This document shows, piece by piece, positions 30,301 through 32,000 of a DNA stretch of 32,000 bases; positions within the stretch are counted from its first letter, which is position 1; every line of letters starts with the position of its first letter. Under the pieces are notes generated by a model. It made no database searches. It was not told where the DNA came from and saw only the letters and a list, made by a program, of their open reading frames with translations. The stretch comes from Buchnera aphidicola (Therioaphis trifolii). GTDB lineage: Bacteria > Pseudomonadota > Gammaproteobacteria > Enterobacterales > Enterobacteriaceae. The translations under genes were made by a program, and so were the position numbers. Where the stretch lies: contig NZ_CP032996.1 of assembly GCF_005080705.1 (NCBI RefSeq), positions 150,001 to 182,000 of the forward strand. Direction: 5' to 3'.

Positions 30301-30852
30301 AGTAATATATTTGAAAATAATAAAAATAAAAATTGTAAATTTAATTTAATTAAATTATTTGGAATAATATCATCTATACATTTTAAAATAACAAAAAAAA
30401 ATAAAAATATTATATTTTTAGAAATAACAAATCAATGTAATAATTTTGAAGTTATAATTTTTGATCATTTAATTAAAGTATATAAAAATATATTAAAAAA
30501 AGATGCTATAATTATTATTTTAGGTAAAATTATTATAAAAAATAATATTAGAAAAACCCGATTAATAGCTCATTCTATGATTAGTCTTGATGATGCCAGA
30601 AATATTTATGTAAAAAAAATAATATTAATTATTTATCAAAATATTTTTTATAAAGAAATATTACATGATATTAAAAATAATATATTATTTTCATTAGGTG
30701 GAAATATTCCAATATATATTTGTTATAAATTAAATAATAATCATTCAAATGTTAAATTACATAATCGATGGAATGTTATATTAAGTGAAAAATTAATTGT
30801 TAAATTAAAAAATTTATTAGGTGATAATGGTGTACATTTAAGTTTTTTATAA
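27370..30852 (+). CDS. dnaE: DNA polymerase III alpha subunit
   Basis: A 1160-aa ORF, identical in length to E. coli DnaE. It has an N-terminal PHP domain (FIHLNTRSDYSITSGL), the polymerase core (GPGRGSGAGSLVAYAL.ITELDP, PDFDIDFC, FDFLGLRTLT, NKSHSAAYA) and an OB-fold tail. Confidence 0.97.
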   Translation: MIKPKFIHLNTRSDYSITSGLNKPQELVKKSFLLNMPAIGMIDSSNFYGVIKFYKSAIKYGIKPIIGVKLKIQFNFIKNITSEINILATNKIGYKNLILLISKAHLKKNNFSLNNIFIKQDWLIKYRKGLIILSGGYNGDFGKYIINKEYDIINLFLDFYNTYFLDYYYFEIHRTNRIYEEQYLQFVIEISKIKNIPVVATNDVCFINKDDFDIHNIKLAIDQKKTINYKKNYLNYSNDQFMKNEHEMCILFHDIPEALQNSIEIAKRCNVNIENKKYFLPKFPIKHINEKDFLISKSIQGLKNRLLILYPEEKIRKNIFKKYQKRLFLELKIINKMNFPGYFLIVMEFIQWAKDNDIPVGPGRGSGAGSLVAYALKITELDPLQFGLIFERFLNPERKSMPDFDIDFCMEKRDLVIEHVSKFYGTENVAQIITFGTMSTKAVIRDVGRALGYPYGFVNKISQLIPLDIGITLKKSLSKKFHLLKLYKKNIEIKRLIDIALRLEGVVRNTGKHAGGVVISPDKLTNFTPLQCDNNVFITQLDKDDINHVGLLKFDFLGLRTLTIIHSAIKMINKSLKKNNHFINLSSIPLNDKKSFTLLQTANTISVFQLESYGMRELIIKLKPDCFEDIISLIALFRPGPLQSGMVDNFINRKHGREPIFYPDIKWQHKSLKPILKSTYGIILYQEQVIKIAQVLSGYKLSKADILQRAMSKKKIKEMAEQRIDFQKNAKKNNISYDFSSKIFDLLEKFSGYGFNKSHSAAYALISYQTLWMKANYPSEFMSSVMNADIDNIEKIKISIQECLRLKIKIIPPNINISMYHFQVNSHSDIIYGLGGIKGVGKSVVQEIVSVRKRIKKFNSFFDFCTNIKSKFINKRILEKLIFSGSFDCFKIKRYILIYLIPKAIKLSKEYDIFKNINQLNLLKKQKNNHLTSYYLSSTNQSNYFSYKKQLDYEKDVLGFYLTGHPIIEYLRELNYYSNIFENNKNKNCKFNLIKLFGIISSIHFKITKKNKNIIFLEITNQCNNFEVIIFDHLIKVYKNILKKDAIIIILGKIIIKNNIRKTRLIAHSMISLDDARNIYVKKIILIIYQNIFYKEILHDIKNNILFSLGGNIPIYICYKLNNNHSNVKLHNRWNVILSEKLIVKLKNLLGDNGVHLSFL

Positions 30853-32000
30853 TTTTATTTTTTTAATAATAAAATTTATAATATTATTAATATGAATAAT
30901 AATTTTTTTATCAATATTTTTTCTTTCCTGATATTCTATAGTTTGATTTTTAATAGTATTTTTATTAATAATAATAATATTAGGAATACCAATTAAATTA
31001 GCATCAGAAAATATTACTCCAGTTTGTTCATTACGATCTTCTAATAATACTTTAATGTTTTTTTTTTTAAATTTATAATATAAATATTCTGATATTTCTT
31101 GAATTTTTTTACATTTATTATTTTTAATAGGTATAATTAATAATTGAAATGGAGCAATATTTTTTGGCCAAATGATTCCTTTTTTATCATGATTTTGTTC
31201 AATAATAGTTGAAATTAATCTAGTAACTCCAATACCATAACATCCCATATGTATAAATTTCTTTATTCCATTAATATTTAAAATTTTAGCATCAATAATT
31301 TTAGAATATTTTTTTCCTATTTGAAATATATGCCCTATTTCAATACAATTTTTGATTTTATATTTTTTATTATTATTAATAATGATATTATCAACTTTTA
31401 TATTTTTAAAATATTGATCAAAAATATTAAATTTAAAATATTTGTCATTAATAATATTTAATGGAATTATTTTTTTTAAATATAATATATGAATATCTAT
31501 AATTAAAAAGAATAAATTATTATTTTTTTTTTTAGAAAATATATTTTTAATTTCTGATTTTGTTGCGAAAATAATGTTTTTATTATTTAAATTTAAATTT
31601 TTTATTTTTTTTATTTTATTAATATCTAATAAATGATCACCCCGAATCATACACCCAATGAAATAATTATTTTTGTTTTTATTAATTTTCATAATAAAAT
31701 TTTTAATAATATTTTTTTTCATATTATTACATATATTTTTTATTTCATATTTATTTTTATTGTTTATTTTTTTTACATGAATTTTTTTTTTATAAAAAAA
31801 ATTATTTTCGATAAATTTTTTTGTTAAAAGATTAATATTATTTATTTTTTTATTTTTATTATAAGAAATAATAATTTTATCTTCTCCAGATTTTGATAAT
31901 GCTTGAAATTCATGAGAATAATTTCCACCAATAATTCCACATTCAGCTTTTACTGAATAAAAATTAATATTCATTTTTTTAAAAATTTTTTCATATATTA
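30847..32000 (-). CDS. proS: Prolyl-tRNA synthetase, C-terminal ~380 codons (gene runs off the right window edge)
   Basis: The reading frame stays open through 32000. The upstream residues ...IYEKIFKK precede the Met listed in the ORF track. VKAECGIIGGNYSHEFQALSKSGEDKII, IEIGHIFQIGKKYS and HMGCYGIGVTRLISTIIEQNHDKKGIIWP.NIAPFQ match class II ProRS motifs and the anticodon-binding domain. Confidence 0.93.
   Translation of the reverse strand, partial: IYEKIFKKMNINFYSVKAECGIIGGNYSHEFQALSKSGEDKIIISYNKNKKINNINLLTKKFIENNFFYKKKIHVKKINNKNKYEIKNICNNMKKNIIKNFIMKINKNKNNYFIGCMIRGDHLLDINKIKKIKNLNLNNKNIIFATKSEIKNIFSKKKNNNLFFLIIDIHILYLKKIIPLNIINDKYFKFNIFDQYFKNIKVDNIIINNNKKYKIKNCIEIGHIFQIGKKYSKIIDAKILNINGIKKFIHMGCYGIGVTRLISTIIEQNHDKKGIIWPKNIAPFQLLIIPIKNNKCKKIQEISEYLYYKFKKKNIKVLLEDRNEQTGVIFSDANLIGIPNIIIINKNTIKNQTIEYQERKNIDKKIIIHINNIINFIIKKIKL

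Noticed and set aside
1-32000. Search for tRNA/rRNA genes, CRISPR arrays, IS elements or transposases, integrases, toxin-antitoxin or defence genes, and DnaA-box clusters
   Set aside because: No spacer contains a G/C-rich ~75-nt block compatible with a tRNA. There are no direct-repeat/spacer arrays, no unassigned ORF of 60 aa or more outside known genes, and no TTATCCACA-like boxes that I could see. The largest spacers (about 200-250 bp) are featureless A/T.

Overview
This window is extremely A+T-rich (roughly 80% by eye), gene-dense and made up entirely of housekeeping genes. It looks like a highly reduced gammaproteobacterial (Enterobacterales-derived) insect endosymbiont. The gene order is thrB-thrA(-) | truA secA guaC aceE aceF lpdA(+) | erpA ftsZ ftsA rsmH ilvH ilvI dapD map(-) | rpsB tsf pyrH frr bamA fabZ dnaE(+) | proS(-). 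That order, together with retained essential-amino-acid genes (thrAB, ilvIH, dapD), fits my recollection of Buchnera aphidicola, probably a very reduced lineage; this assignment is inference, not verified. I can support 22 protein-coding genes, two of them truncated by the window edges. I see no tRNA, rRNA, CRISPR, mobile elements, defence genes or accessory island, and no evidence of a novel multi-gene system. The points worth a second look are reductive-evolution signatures. (1) secA is broken by a 1-nt frameshift inside an A10 tract; reading it as A11 restores collinearity with E. coli SecA, so this is a transcriptional-slippage candidate, a sequencing error or a pseudogene. SecA also lacks the C-terminal zinc/SecB-binding tail. 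(2) The dcw cluster has collapsed so that ftsA sits 141 bp from rsmH, with all mur/fts peptidoglycan genes gone while ftsZ and ftsA stay intact. (3) The frr-to-dnaE envelope cluster is reduced to bamA plus a lone, apparently intact fabZ. (4) Two G/C-containing hairpins stand out in otherwise A/T-only spacers, one oriented as a + strand intrinsic terminator between two - strand genes. (5) A12-A14 homopolymers lie in frame inside essential genes. (6) There are signs of domain erosion: AceF has a single lipoyl domain, and the ProS editing domain looks degraded. Intergenic spacers are short and nearly pure A/T, and the expected regulators (thrL, pdhR, secM, mraZ, cra, glnD) are absent.
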